Assembly (NCBI GenBank): GCA_937973575.1
Contig: CALJKH010000099.1
Location: 1-46,382 of the forward strand
DNA: 46,382 nt
From: an uncultured Solirubrobacterales bacterium
GTDB lineage: Bacteria > Actinomycetota > Thermoleophilia > Solirubrobacterales > Solirubrobacteraceae
Direction: 5' to 3'
Shown here: one piece after another, positions 1 to 8,360 of the stretch
Numbering within the stretch: the first letter of the stretch is position 1
Layout of the letters: every line of letters begins with the position of its first letter
Notes under the pieces: generated by a model
Seen by the model: the letters and a program-made list of their open reading frames with translations, nothing else
Databases searched by the model: none
What the model was told of the DNA's origin: nothing
Program-made: the position numbers and the translations under genes

Positions 1-774
1 GTCTGTGATCTTGGCACCAGCTGGCGGCTGGATTGCGAATACAGATGGGTCAACTGGGCCGAAGGAAACGTCGGTCGCGTGAAGGTAAAGCACTGGGTCT
101 GTTTGACCCTTGGCGAGAATTGCGATCGCGAGCGGGGCACCGTTCGCTGAGCCCCATGACACGCGCACTCCTGCGAGAAGGCCACTTGTGTCAACCGGAG
201 TGATCGTGACTGTGTAGGCAGGCTGACCACCAACATTGTCAGGAACAGGGTCAGAGACCTTTACCTCACCGGCGACCGACTTGATTGCAGTCTCGATTGA
301 CTTGACTGTAAGCGGCATGCGCTTCTCGGCCTTGGTTTCAGCTGGGTCTGACTTCCCGTTCCAAGTCGCGCGGTAGACGGTTGACCCGTCGCCCATCGTG
401 ACCCAAGCTTGTTTGCCGTCAGCTACGAGCTGGACGTCGCCGCCGCCAGCGCTGGACTGAAGCTCGACGCGGACCTTGCCGTCGGCTGATGCCCAAAGGC
501 GGCCGGTTCCACTCCCGAGAAGAGGGCTTGCGCCTTCACCCATGTCAACTGAATCAAGAAGTCGGTTACTAAATGAGATCCGGGCTGTGACACCGTCGAA
601 GGTTGTCGGCGCTGTCGAATCAACAAGTGCCTGGGCGAGGGGCTTCGCCGCGGGGCGCGATGAGTCCCGACCTGCACCAGTCGCGATCACAGGACCAGCG
701 ACCAGAAGCGATACGGCAGCAACTGCGCTGATTGTCAGAGCTCGGGGCGAGGCTGTTCTAAGGAAGCGGATCAT
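1..774 (-). CDS. Secreted LolA/RseB-like (DUF2092-type) protein, C-terminus cut by window edge (family call tentative)
   Basis: Minus-strand frame is open from ATG 772-774 to base 1, with no in-frame stop when checked codon by codon. It is missing from the ORF track because it runs off the edge. Translation MIRFLRTASPRALTISAVAAVSLLVAGPVIATGAG... gives a signal/anchor, then a beta-rich domain (GRLWASADGKVRVELQSSAGGGDVQLVADGKQAWV) reminiscent of lipoprotein-carrier folds. Confidence 0.7.
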   Translation of the reverse strand, partial: MIRFLRTASPRALTISAVAAVSLLVAGPVIATGAGRDSSRPAAKPLAQALVDSTAPTTFDGVTARISFSNRLLDSVDMGEGASPLLGSGTGRLWASADGKVRVELQSSAGGGDVQLVADGKQAWVTMGDGSTVYRATWNGKSDPAETKAEKRMPLTVKSIETAIKSVAGEVKVSDPVPDNVGGQPAYTVTITPVDTSGLLAGVRVSWGSANGAPLAIAILAKGQTDPVLYLHATDVSFGPVDPSVFAIQPPAGAKITD

Positions 775-843
775 GAGCTACACGGTAGCGGGTTAGGGCT
801 GCAGTTATGAACGAATCTGCGGGTTACCCGCGCCAGCTTTGAA

Positions 844-1668
844 CTAGTTGATCGGTACGTAGCCGTTCGCAACGATGCGTTGCGCTGATGGCGCCGAAGA
901 TGCCCAGTTAATGAAGCTGGCGACGACTCCAGTCGGCGTATTACGCGTTACGAACCAGAAATTTCTTACTGCCGGGTACTGGCCCGACTTGGCATTGCGC
1001 AGGGTGCACGTGTAGCCCATGTAAGGAACTGCGTAGACACCTGATGTGAAGCCGTACGAGACATAGCCAATCGCCTTGGGGTTGGCCTTCACAGCTGCGA
1101 GGATGAGACCGTTACTGGCCTTAGCTGCCGCACTGCTTGAGATGTGATGCCCCGTGCCAAGGAACAGCTTTTCGAACATGTCCTGGGTGCCGGATGCAAC
1201 CGTTCTGGTCAGAAGGTTGATGACTCCTGTGGTCCTCGCACCTGGGACCTGACTCCAGTTGTACATCTGGCCGGAGAAGATTCCGTCGGCAGTCGTCTGC
1301 GTCATCCCAGTGAGTGGGTTTGACTTGTTGGTGATCAGGCAGATCGCGTCACGCGCGAACTTGTTCCAGGACAGACCATGAGGGTCTGCGCCCTTCTCGT
1401 CGCGGGAAACCATGCCGATTGAAACTCGCCCATAGGCAGCATCGGCTACGCCGACGTCAGAGCCGCCCTCGTACTTGACAAAGGTCGCTACCGGGCCCTT
1501 CTCCTTAAGGAATTGCTTGATCAGCGAGCCAACCAGCGGCGAAGCGGAAGTAGAACCGCTGAGAGTGATTGTTGTCTTTGCGGATGCTGGGGCGGCTGAG
1601 CTAAGCGCGAGGCTCGCGATAAGAGAGGTGAGGAGAAGAGTCTTTTTCATGGGCAGAGTGTAGTTCAT
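844..1668 (-). CDS. pstS: PstS-family phosphate-binding protein (secreted, periplasmic-binding-protein fold)
   Basis: 274-aa ORF with signal peptide MKKTLLLTSLIASLALSSAAPASA. PstS-like motifs TITLSGSTSASPL and YEGGSDVGVADAAYGRVSIGMVSRD. The start could also be ATG 1650. No pstCAB genes are adjacent. Confidence 0.85.
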   Translation of the reverse strand: MNYTLPMKKTLLLTSLIASLALSSAAPASAKTTITLSGSTSASPLVGSLIKQFLKEKGPVATFVKYEGGSDVGVADAAYGRVSIGMVSRDEKGADPHGLSWNKFARDAICLITNKSNPLTGMTQTTADGIFSGQMYNWSQVPGARTTGVINLLTRTVASGTQDMFEKLFLGTGHHISSSAAAKASNGLILAAVKANPKAIGYVSYGFTSGVYAVPYMGYTCTLRNAKSGQYPAVRNFWFVTRNTPTGVVASFINWASSAPSAQRIVANGYVPIN

Positions 1669-1723
1669 GGTTGGCAGGTTACGGAAGGAAGGTTAAGCGG
1701 TTAGTAAAGGCGGTGCGGCAGTT

Positions 1724-1767
1724 CAAAAAAAGAAGAGCGCCCGGGGCCAACTGCTCCCCGGACGCTC
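1724..1767 (-). terminator. Intrinsic terminator after the propeller-phosphoesterase gene
   Basis: Arms 1735-1746 (gagcgcccgggg) and 1756-1767 (ccccggacgctc) pair at 11 of 12 positions around a 9-nt loop. On the minus strand the hairpin is followed by TTCTTTTTTTG. Confidence 0.7.
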
Positions 1768-1792
1768 GTCCATTCCTAATTCTCAGTAGCGA

Positions 1793-4663
1793 CTAGTCGT
1801 CGTGGCCAGATGCCCTGCGGGCAACTTCGGCGACAGGTGACACGTTTGTGCGCTGGTCACCCTTTGGTGTCGTCGCTGAGAGGTAGCGCGATACGCTGCG
1901 CCCGGCCTTGAAGGCCTGAACGGCACCAGCGGTACGGGCTGCCTCAACAGGTGACGCGTTCGGGCCTGCTCCTGGGAACGCACGGCTGTTGCCGAAGACG
2001 CTCTTCCAGATCACGTAGTCGAACAGTGACTGTGGTACTTGATCGAGCTGGTTGAACGGAAGGGCAGAAGCGATGCCTCCAACCTTGCGCAGGGTGTAGG
2101 AAGTAGCCGTTGTCGAGAGCTTGTACTTCGGCGCAATGGCCTTGTAGGTAGCTGTCTGCGGCGTGTCCGTTGTGCGGATGAATGCGTCGTACATCGGAGT
2201 TGCAAGGCCATCGGCCAGTGTGAGTGGCTGAAGTCCGAGCAGCATCATCGCGCTTCGGAGAGCTGAGTCCTGGTCGTAACGGGTGTGGACAACAGCCTTC
2301 TTCGTCCACGGTGAGATCACGAACGCTGGCATACGGTGCGCGTCAACGTGGTCTGCGCCGTCCTGCGAGTCATCTTCTACGACGAAGATTGCTGACTGGT
2401 TCCAGATCTTCGACTTGCTGATTGTTTCAACGATCTGGCCAAGGCCATAGTCGTTGTCAGCAACAAGTGCTGTCGGAGTTGGGTAGCCAGGCTTCACACC
2501 ATTGGTGTGGTCGTTTGGCAGGGTCAGGTAGGTCAGCTTTGGAACTGTGTTTGAAGCAAGCTGTGCTTGGAACTTGTTGTTCCAGTAATCGAAACGGCTG
2601 TGGTAGAGCGTCTTACCGAAGACAGTCTTCTTCAGGTTCTTCGCTGAAGAGTCCTGGGTGCAGTAGCTCTGCGAGGTCAGGAAGGTGCCCTTTCCTCCAG
2701 CAACCGCCTTGTCGCTGCTTGGCGGTGCTGCGCAACCGAATACCTGTGGGTAGTCACCGTCGTACATAGCCTTTGAGGCTGCATAGGTTGAGCGACCATC
2801 GTCGTTGCCGGCTACTGATGCGCCAGCCTCGTTCTCGCCGTAGTTGACAGCGCTTACGCCTTGGCGTGCAGCCTGGTCAAACAGTGAAACCTTCGGTGTG
2901 AACGAGATTGGGTAGATGAAGTCGAACAAGCGGCTACGTGCTGAGTAGTTGGCGTGGAGTTCGCGCTGTGAGAAGTCAACGGCTTGACCCATCGCGGTGA
3001 TGATGTGGCCGTCTACTGAGACCTCACTGTTTGCGTAGAAGTGGTCGAGCAGTGGGAAGCGCTTCACCAGTGCGTGAGCGTTCGGTGTGACTCCGCCGGT
3101 TACTCCCTTGACGCCGTTGTCGTCGAAGAGCTCAAGCTTCGGCTCGCCGTCGCCACCTGGGTGGGTGCCGAAGATCTGGTCGTAGGTGCGGTTCTCGCGA
3201 ACGACGTAGAACACGTACTTGATCGGGCCGTTTGCCTTCAGAGCCGTGTTTGGCGGAGCCGAGGCGTAGTTCTCAGGGGTTACCTGAGCGTTGGCCTGAG
3301 TCGTGAATGCCGCAAGCTCGCCAGTGGTTGGCTCGTTGAGCACGCCAACACGGCCGAGGAGTGCGTCCGGCACGTAGAGGCCGTAACCGAAGTACTCGCT
3401 TCCCCAGTACTTGTGGTTGGGAGTACCGGTGCCTGGGTTAGCCGCACGTGAGTTAGGGCCGGCGCCAAGTCCCTTGGCTGCGGTCCAAATCAGCTTGCCG
3501 CCAGTGACAGCAACCTGCACTGGGTAGGCAGCGGTTGGGATGCGACCGGCCAGCGTTGGGGTTGAGCCCGAGATGTCAAGAACCGCAACTGCGTCCTCGC
3601 CTGAGTCGGCAACGTAGACGCGGTTGCCAGCAACAGTCAGCGCGACTGGCTGAACGCCCCATGCTGGGCTGCGGCTGAGGTCGGTGTAAGTAACAGCGTG
3701 GCTTGACAGGTTGACCTTGGCTACAAGGTCACGGTTGGCAACAGCTACATAGGCAGTGCTGCCGTCTGATGTGAGGGCGATGCCTTCAGGGTGGGAGAAC
3801 TTGTCGCCCTGCCCGTCACCTGAACCGCCGCCACCAACGCCAACGCTCCAAGAAATCGTCTTCGAGGAGAGGTCAACTGCGATAAGCGTTCCTGCCTGCT
3901 CGTCAGTTGCGTAAGCAGTGGTGCCGTCAGGTGAGATCACAACGTCATGCACCTTGCTGCTGATGCCGAGGGCAACTTCAGATGCTGCGCCACTTGAGAG
4001 CGTGATGATTGCAAGCTTGCTCTGGGGCAGAGTGCCGCCGGTGCAGGTCGTGCCGTCAAATGCGCCGTTGCATGTACGAGTCTGAATCTGGGCGACTACA
4101 AGCTTTGATCCGTCAGGGGTAACTGCAAGGCGGCTTGGCCATGCCTTGTCGCCACCTGGCTGGTGAGGAAGGCTGATCAGGTCGCCTTCAGTTGCAGTTC
4201 CGTTGGAAGCGATCGTGTAGGTGTGGACAACATCGCCGCCTGGACCCTTGAGGGTGCCGGAGGTCGGATCTGGTGAGCTGCCCTGCGGCTCGCCGGAGAC
4301 ATATGCCTTGGTGCCATCAGGCGAGAAGGCGACTCCGCCGTAAGCGCCTGGGAGCGGAAGAGTCTGGGCAACTGCGCCAGTTGCAACGTTGACCACTGTC
4401 ACGTCGTTGCGGCCGTGGCCAGAGGAAACAGTCCAGAGGAACTTGCCGTCGGGCGAAAGAGCTGACCCCGATGGGAAGTTGCCGACCGTCGTCAGACGGC
4501 CTGCTGGAGTGAGGTGCCTACCGTTACCGGTGACATTAAGAGATGGACCAACTCGGCCTCCGGTTTTGGTGCCAACGTCAGCGCCAGATGCAACGCCAGT
4601 TATGAGGGCGCCGCCAAGAAGGGCAGAGAGAGTGAGGGTTGCGATACGACGTGTTGTGATCAT
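1793..4663 (-). CDS. Secreted beta-propeller (YncE/lactonase-like) fused to phospholipase C/acid-phosphatase-type phosphoesterase domain
   Basis: 968-aa track ORF; probable start ATG 4663 (MITTRRIATLTLSALLGGALITGVASG signal). The N-terminal half has repeated SPDG/TPDG propeller blades. The C-terminal half has the phosphoesterase-family signature KYVFYVVRENRTYDQIFG and ...PNDHTNG....EDDSQDGADHVDAHR. Confidence 0.9.
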   Translation of the reverse strand: MITTRRIATLTLSALLGGALITGVASGADVGTKTGGRVGPSLNVTGNGRHLTPAGRLTTVGNFPSGSALSPDGKFLWTVSSGHGRNDVTVVNVATGAVAQTLPLPGAYGGVAFSPDGTKAYVSGEPQGSSPDPTSGTLKGPGGDVVHTYTIASNGTATEGDLISLPHQPGGDKAWPSRLAVTPDGSKLVVAQIQTRTCNGAFDGTTCTGGTLPQSKLAIITLSSGAASEVALGISSKVHDVVISPDGTTAYATDEQAGTLIAVDLSSKTISWSVGVGGGGSGDGQGDKFSHPEGIALTSDGSTAYVAVANRDLVAKVNLSSHAVTYTDLSRSPAWGVQPVALTVAGNRVYVADSGEDAVAVLDISGSTPTLAGRIPTAAYPVQVAVTGGKLIWTAAKGLGAGPNSRAANPGTGTPNHKYWGSEYFGYGLYVPDALLGRVGVLNEPTTGELAAFTTQANAQVTPENYASAPPNTALKANGPIKYVFYVVRENRTYDQIFGTHPGGDGEPKLELFDDNGVKGVTGGVTPNAHALVKRFPLLDHFYANSEVSVDGHIITAMGQAVDFSQRELHANYSARSRLFDFIYPISFTPKVSLFDQAARQGVSAVNYGENEAGASVAGNDDGRSTYAASKAMYDGDYPQVFGCAAPPSSDKAVAGGKGTFLTSQSYCTQDSSAKNLKKTVFGKTLYHSRFDYWNNKFQAQLASNTVPKLTYLTLPNDHTNGVKPGYPTPTALVADNDYGLGQIVETISKSKIWNQSAIFVVEDDSQDGADHVDAHRMPAFVISPWTKKAVVHTRYDQDSALRSAMMLLGLQPLTLADGLATPMYDAFIRTTDTPQTATYKAIAPKYKLSTTATSYTLRKVGGIASALPFNQLDQVPQSLFDYVIWKSVFGNSRAFPGAGPNASPVEAARTAGAVQAFKAGRSVSRYLSATTPKGDQRTNVSPVAEVARRASGHDD

Positions 4664-4713
4664 TCCCGCAGAGTAGGCGACCCGGCACCGTCGCGTCAAG
4701 CGGGTAGCCCTGT

Positions 4714-4730
4714 GTTCACAGGGGCTTCAC
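4714..4730. promoter_or_regulatory. Candidate PHO-box-like direct repeat (GTTCAC-N5-CTTCAC, 11-nt spacing)
   Basis: GTTCAC at 4714-4719 and CTTCAC at 4725-4730, 51-67 nt upstream of ATG 4663. Overlaps the palindrome CCCTGTG-TT-CACAGGG (4708-4723). Resembles the actinobacterial PhoP repeat unit GTTCACC. Confidence 0.3.
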
Positions 4731-4746
4731 ATCCGCAGGGCGTGGA

Positions 4747-6801
4747 TCAGCGAAGGATTCCCGTGTGGCCGATTGAGTATCGACCCGGCTGTGGCCAAAC
4801 TGACATTCCATGGGGGCCACTTCCGACAGGGATCTTGGCGATCAACTTCCCATTGGCGGTGCTGATCGCGTAAACCTCACCGTTGTAGCGGCCTGACAGC
4901 CAGAGCACCTTGCCGTCAGCTGAAAGGCCACCCATGTCCGGGCTACCACCGCCGGGAATTCGCCACTTAGCTATGGGCTTACGAGTAGCGAAGGAGATGA
5001 CGGTCACGGATCCCTCACCCCGGTTACTTACAAACAGTCGCTTCGCATCACGGCTGGGATAGAGGCCGTGGGTGCCCATTCCAGTCGGCACAAAACCAAT
5101 CTTCTTCATCCGGTGCGCGTCAACCAGCCAGACACCGTTGCTCATCATGTCTGCGACGTAGAAGACCTTGCCGTCGGGGCTGATCTTCACATCCTGTGGC
5201 TTGGCGCCTGCCTTTAAGTCAATGCTGCCGATCGTCTTCTCAACTTTTAGATCAAGCACGATCATCCGTCCATCGAATTCGCAGGAGACGAGGGCAAGCT
5301 TGCCGTTTCCCGTGAAGTCCATGTGGTCCACTCCGTGACAGTCGGGCACAGAAAGCGACTTCTTCATTACGAACGAGTGCGGGTCGCGGAAGTCGAGTCG
5401 ACGAAGAGCTTCGGCCACGACAATCGCGCGTGTCCCATCGGCCGTGAAGTAGAGGTTGTACGGGTCGTCAACTGGAATCTCTTTGCCCAGCTCGCCAGTC
5501 TTCGGGTTAATCGGCGTCAACGAGTTCCCGTAGTCGTTAGTTACGTAGAGAGTCTTCAAGTCCCATGAAGGAGTCACATGCTGGGGAAGCCGCCCAATGT
5601 TGTGGTGGGCAATCACCTTGAAGGTCTTCTGGTCGATCACATCAAGAGTGTTCGACTCGGAGTTGGGTACATATACGAGTGCCCGAGCTCCTTTCGTCGC
5701 ACTGCTCATCTGGCCTGGGGCTTCCGCCGCGTAGATGTTGTTGGCAACCAGCAGTGGTGGGATGGTGCCCGGCTTGAGCGCACCACCAACTGTTGGCTGC
5801 GCCACCGCGGCGATCACCTCGGTGCGCCAGCCAAGCTTGAGGATCGCTTGGTGAACCGTTCCCTTCGCGTCCTTGCCGCCAATTGCGAGGATGTGGTCAC
5901 CAATCGTGCTGGCTCCCATGTCAGAGATACCCGATGGAAGGTGGCCAACCGTTCGCACCGTGCGCGCGGCTGGGTCAACCTCAACGACGCTAGAGAGCTG
6001 CGTGCCGGGGTCGCCGCTGCGCCCGCCGATCACATAGAGCTTCCCGCCGAGCGCCGCTGACGCGGCATGCGAGTTGGGAGTGGGAAGGTGGGCGATCACC
6101 GTGACCTTGCCCGTGGCCGGGTCAAAGGAATCGACGTTGCTGGTTGAGGTGGTGCCGTTGGTCCCGCCGGCAACGATCACTTTGCCGTTGACAGCAGCGA
6201 CCGATGTGTAACGAAGTGCCTCAGGAAGATGCCCGACAACCTTGACCGGCTGACCTGGGGTGAACGCTGCGACTGTAGGAAGCGGGTTGGTGCCGTCGTA
6301 ACCGCCGACGATGTAGGCCGTGTTGCCAATTGTTGCTGCTGAAACGTCCGACTCGCCAGTTGGCAGAGTGCCAGCGGAAGTTGTGGTGCCGTCGGCGTGG
6401 AGCTCAAGGATTTGGTTGCGCGAGGACCCGGCGTCCCCACCACCGAAGATGTAGGCAACCCCATTGATGGTCGCCGCTGCTGCGTCGTGGAATGCGCTGG
6501 GCAAAGTCCCGAGCCGTGAACCGGTGGCCTCGGTCGCTGCGGTGATTGAGGAGAGCGATTGGTCGGCTTGGTCTAGCCCTCCAGCTGCGATCAGCTTTGA
6601 GCCGAGAGTCGTGGTTGCCGGCCACTGAACTGGACTCTTCAACAGGCCGGTCTGTTGGATGTAAAAGACGGTGCGGGTCGCAGATGCAGCAGGCTTCTTG
6701 ATTGTTGTCGGCGACGGCTTCTTCGACGAGCCACCGCAGCCACTGATCGCTGCAGCAGCAATGAATCCGGCCGCAACGAACTTTCGGGGGCTTGCGAGCA
6801 T
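4747..6801 (-). CDS. Lipoprotein with N-terminal Kelch-repeat propeller and C-terminal YVTN-type beta-propeller
   Basis: 684 aa with lipobox AAISGCGG. Kelch-like blades include GVAYIFGGGD, NTAYIVGGYDG, GKVIVAGGTNG, GKLYVIGGRSG and HILAIGGKD. YVTN-like repeats include LYVTNDYGNSLTPINPKTG, VFYVADMMSNGVWLVD and LFVSNRGEGSVTVI. Confidence 0.85.
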   Translation of the reverse strand: MLASPRKFVAAGFIAAAAISGCGGSSKKPSPTTIKKPAASATRTVFYIQQTGLLKSPVQWPATTTLGSKLIAAGGLDQADQSLSSITAATEATGSRLGTLPSAFHDAAAATINGVAYIFGGGDAGSSRNQILELHADGTTTSAGTLPTGESDVSAATIGNTAYIVGGYDGTNPLPTVAAFTPGQPVKVVGHLPEALRYTSVAAVNGKVIVAGGTNGTTSTSNVDSFDPATGKVTVIAHLPTPNSHAASAALGGKLYVIGGRSGDPGTQLSSVVEVDPAARTVRTVGHLPSGISDMGASTIGDHILAIGGKDAKGTVHQAILKLGWRTEVIAAVAQPTVGGALKPGTIPPLLVANNIYAAEAPGQMSSATKGARALVYVPNSESNTLDVIDQKTFKVIAHHNIGRLPQHVTPSWDLKTLYVTNDYGNSLTPINPKTGELGKEIPVDDPYNLYFTADGTRAIVVAEALRRLDFRDPHSFVMKKSLSVPDCHGVDHMDFTGNGKLALVSCEFDGRMIVLDLKVEKTIGSIDLKAGAKPQDVKISPDGKVFYVADMMSNGVWLVDAHRMKKIGFVPTGMGTHGLYPSRDAKRLFVSNRGEGSVTVISFATRKPIAKWRIPGGGSPDMGGLSADGKVLWLSGRYNGEVYAISTANGKLIAKIPVGSGPHGMSVWPQPGRYSIGHTGILR

Positions 6802-6850
6802 GGACGGAACCTACATTCCGTACCTAAGGAATTGGTAAGAGGAGCCGGAG

Positions 6851-8305
6851 CTAACGCCGGTGCATGTAATCCATGCCGGCGATCAGAGTTGCTGCACTCA
6901 GCTGGCTCGCTGGGATGGGGGTGGCGCGGTAGGTGAGGCCGTGGTCTGTGAAGTGAAGTGAGAAGACCTGCTTCTGGTTCGCGTCGTAGGCCCGCACGTA
7001 AGCAATCGCTCCGTAGTCAACAAGCCAAGACCCGTCCGCGCCTCTGCGCGCACTGCCGCAGCAGATTGACTTGCCAATGGTTGGGTCAGCAAGGCTCTCA
7101 ACGAGAGTCGCAGTGTGGGCTGCCCTGTCAATCCGCCAGCGGGCGACGCGGGCGCCCCGGGTTGTGCCCCAGCCGTTGTCCATTACAGAGATCGTGCCGT
7201 CCGGCAAGACGCGCGCATCGTGTTGGCCACCGACATGGCGGTCGTTTGCCGCGTCGCCGAGCACGGTCAGGCTCTGCGGCGTGGTGGTTCCGCCTAGCTT
7301 CCAGTCGATCTGGCCGGTTGCCTTGATGATTCGGTAGACGGCGCTTGTGTTGCGGAACGAGGCGATGATTCCACCCTGCCCGTCGTCCTCAATCGAGTTG
7401 AGATGGGCGATATCCATCACCGGGGTGCTCGACGACCCGACGCTCGTGAGTGGGATGAACACCTGCGGCAGGATTGAGTCTGTGATCGCGAAGTGGTCGG
7501 CGGACTTCCACGACCAAAGCGACTTGCCCGTGGCAGAGACCTCTTCAATGATCGAATCGAGTGAGGAGCCGTCAGCTGAGCCGTTGATTGAGCTCAGGTC
7601 AATGTGGTACCTCTGGGATGTGGCGCCGAGGTAGAAAGTGCCGCGGCTTGTTGGGATCGCTTCATGCGCGTCGGGCTGGCCAAGGGTTGGCCGAGCACGC
7701 TTCTCGACCTTGCCCTTGGGCGTGTAGATGGTCAGTGGGCCGTCAGCCAAGCCAGCTGCGATCCGACCACCCTTCATCCCCATCACGTTGAAGAGGTTGT
7801 CTGGTGCGCGGACCCACCAGATCGGCACGCCGTTGCGGTCGGCAACGATTGCGTAAGGCTGGACTTGGGTTTTAAAGACGACCGGTGCAATGTTCGAGAA
7901 GGCGAAGAGTGGGAAAGCAGCTGGGATCCGCCCGGTTGCTTCGAACTTCGGGAAGTCCTCTGGAATGCAACGGACTGAGGCTGTCGTCGTCTTGCCCGAA
8001 TGCTTGACGCTGATCTTGAACCGCTGGCCCGGAGTGAGCGTCACGGACTTGGTCTGGCGGCCGGAGACCGCTTGGCGTCCGTCAACCCCAACCGTCCAAC
8101 CTGATGGGGCAGCCGCGCTCACGCTCAATGGGGTTGCGCAGTGGACTGTGTAGTTCTCAACCGAGGTAGAGAAGGCGGGCGTAAGCCCAGAGTCAACAGT
8201 TATCGTCGGGCCAGTGGCAGCGCTAGCTGGTGCAGTTGCCACGCAGGCCGCAACGCACCCAGCGCCAATCGCATTTAGAAGCTTCGTCCTCCCCGACATC
8301 TTCAC
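6851..8305 (-). CDS. Arylsulfotransferase (ASST)-family secreted protein
   Basis: 484 aa with signal ...GCVAACVATAPASA. ASST-like stretch DIAHLNSIEDDGQGGIIASFRNTSAVYRIIKATGQIDWKLGG and HDARVLPDGTISVMDNG. The track start is GTG 8305; ATG 8299 is also possible. Confidence 0.8.
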   Translation of the reverse strand: MKMSGRTKLLNAIGAGCVAACVATAPASAATGPTITVDSGLTPAFSTSVENYTVHCATPLSVSAAAPSGWTVGVDGRQAVSGRQTKSVTLTPGQRFKISVKHSGKTTTASVRCIPEDFPKFEATGRIPAAFPLFAFSNIAPVVFKTQVQPYAIVADRNGVPIWWVRAPDNLFNVMGMKGGRIAAGLADGPLTIYTPKGKVEKRARPTLGQPDAHEAIPTSRGTFYLGATSQRYHIDLSSINGSADGSSLDSIIEEVSATGKSLWSWKSADHFAITDSILPQVFIPLTSVGSSSTPVMDIAHLNSIEDDGQGGIIASFRNTSAVYRIIKATGQIDWKLGGTTTPQSLTVLGDAANDRHVGGQHDARVLPDGTISVMDNGWGTTRGARVARWRIDRAAHTATLVESLADPTIGKSICCGSARRGADGSWLVDYGAIAYVRAYDANQKQVFSLHFTDHGLTYRATPIPASQLSAATLIAGMDYMHRR

Positions 8306-8360
8306 GCGAAGGAGGCTACCCGTATTACGGGTGACGGTCTACCGGTAAGCGCGAAGACTC

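Noticed and set aside
423-796. Track ORFs 476-796 (+, 106 aa) and 423-677 (-, 84 aa)
   Set aside because: Both lie inside a longer minus-strand frame that is open from ATG 774 to the window edge. That frame has a signal peptide and protein-like composition, whereas the short ORFs are Arg/Pro/Ser-rich off-frame products typical of GC-rich DNA.
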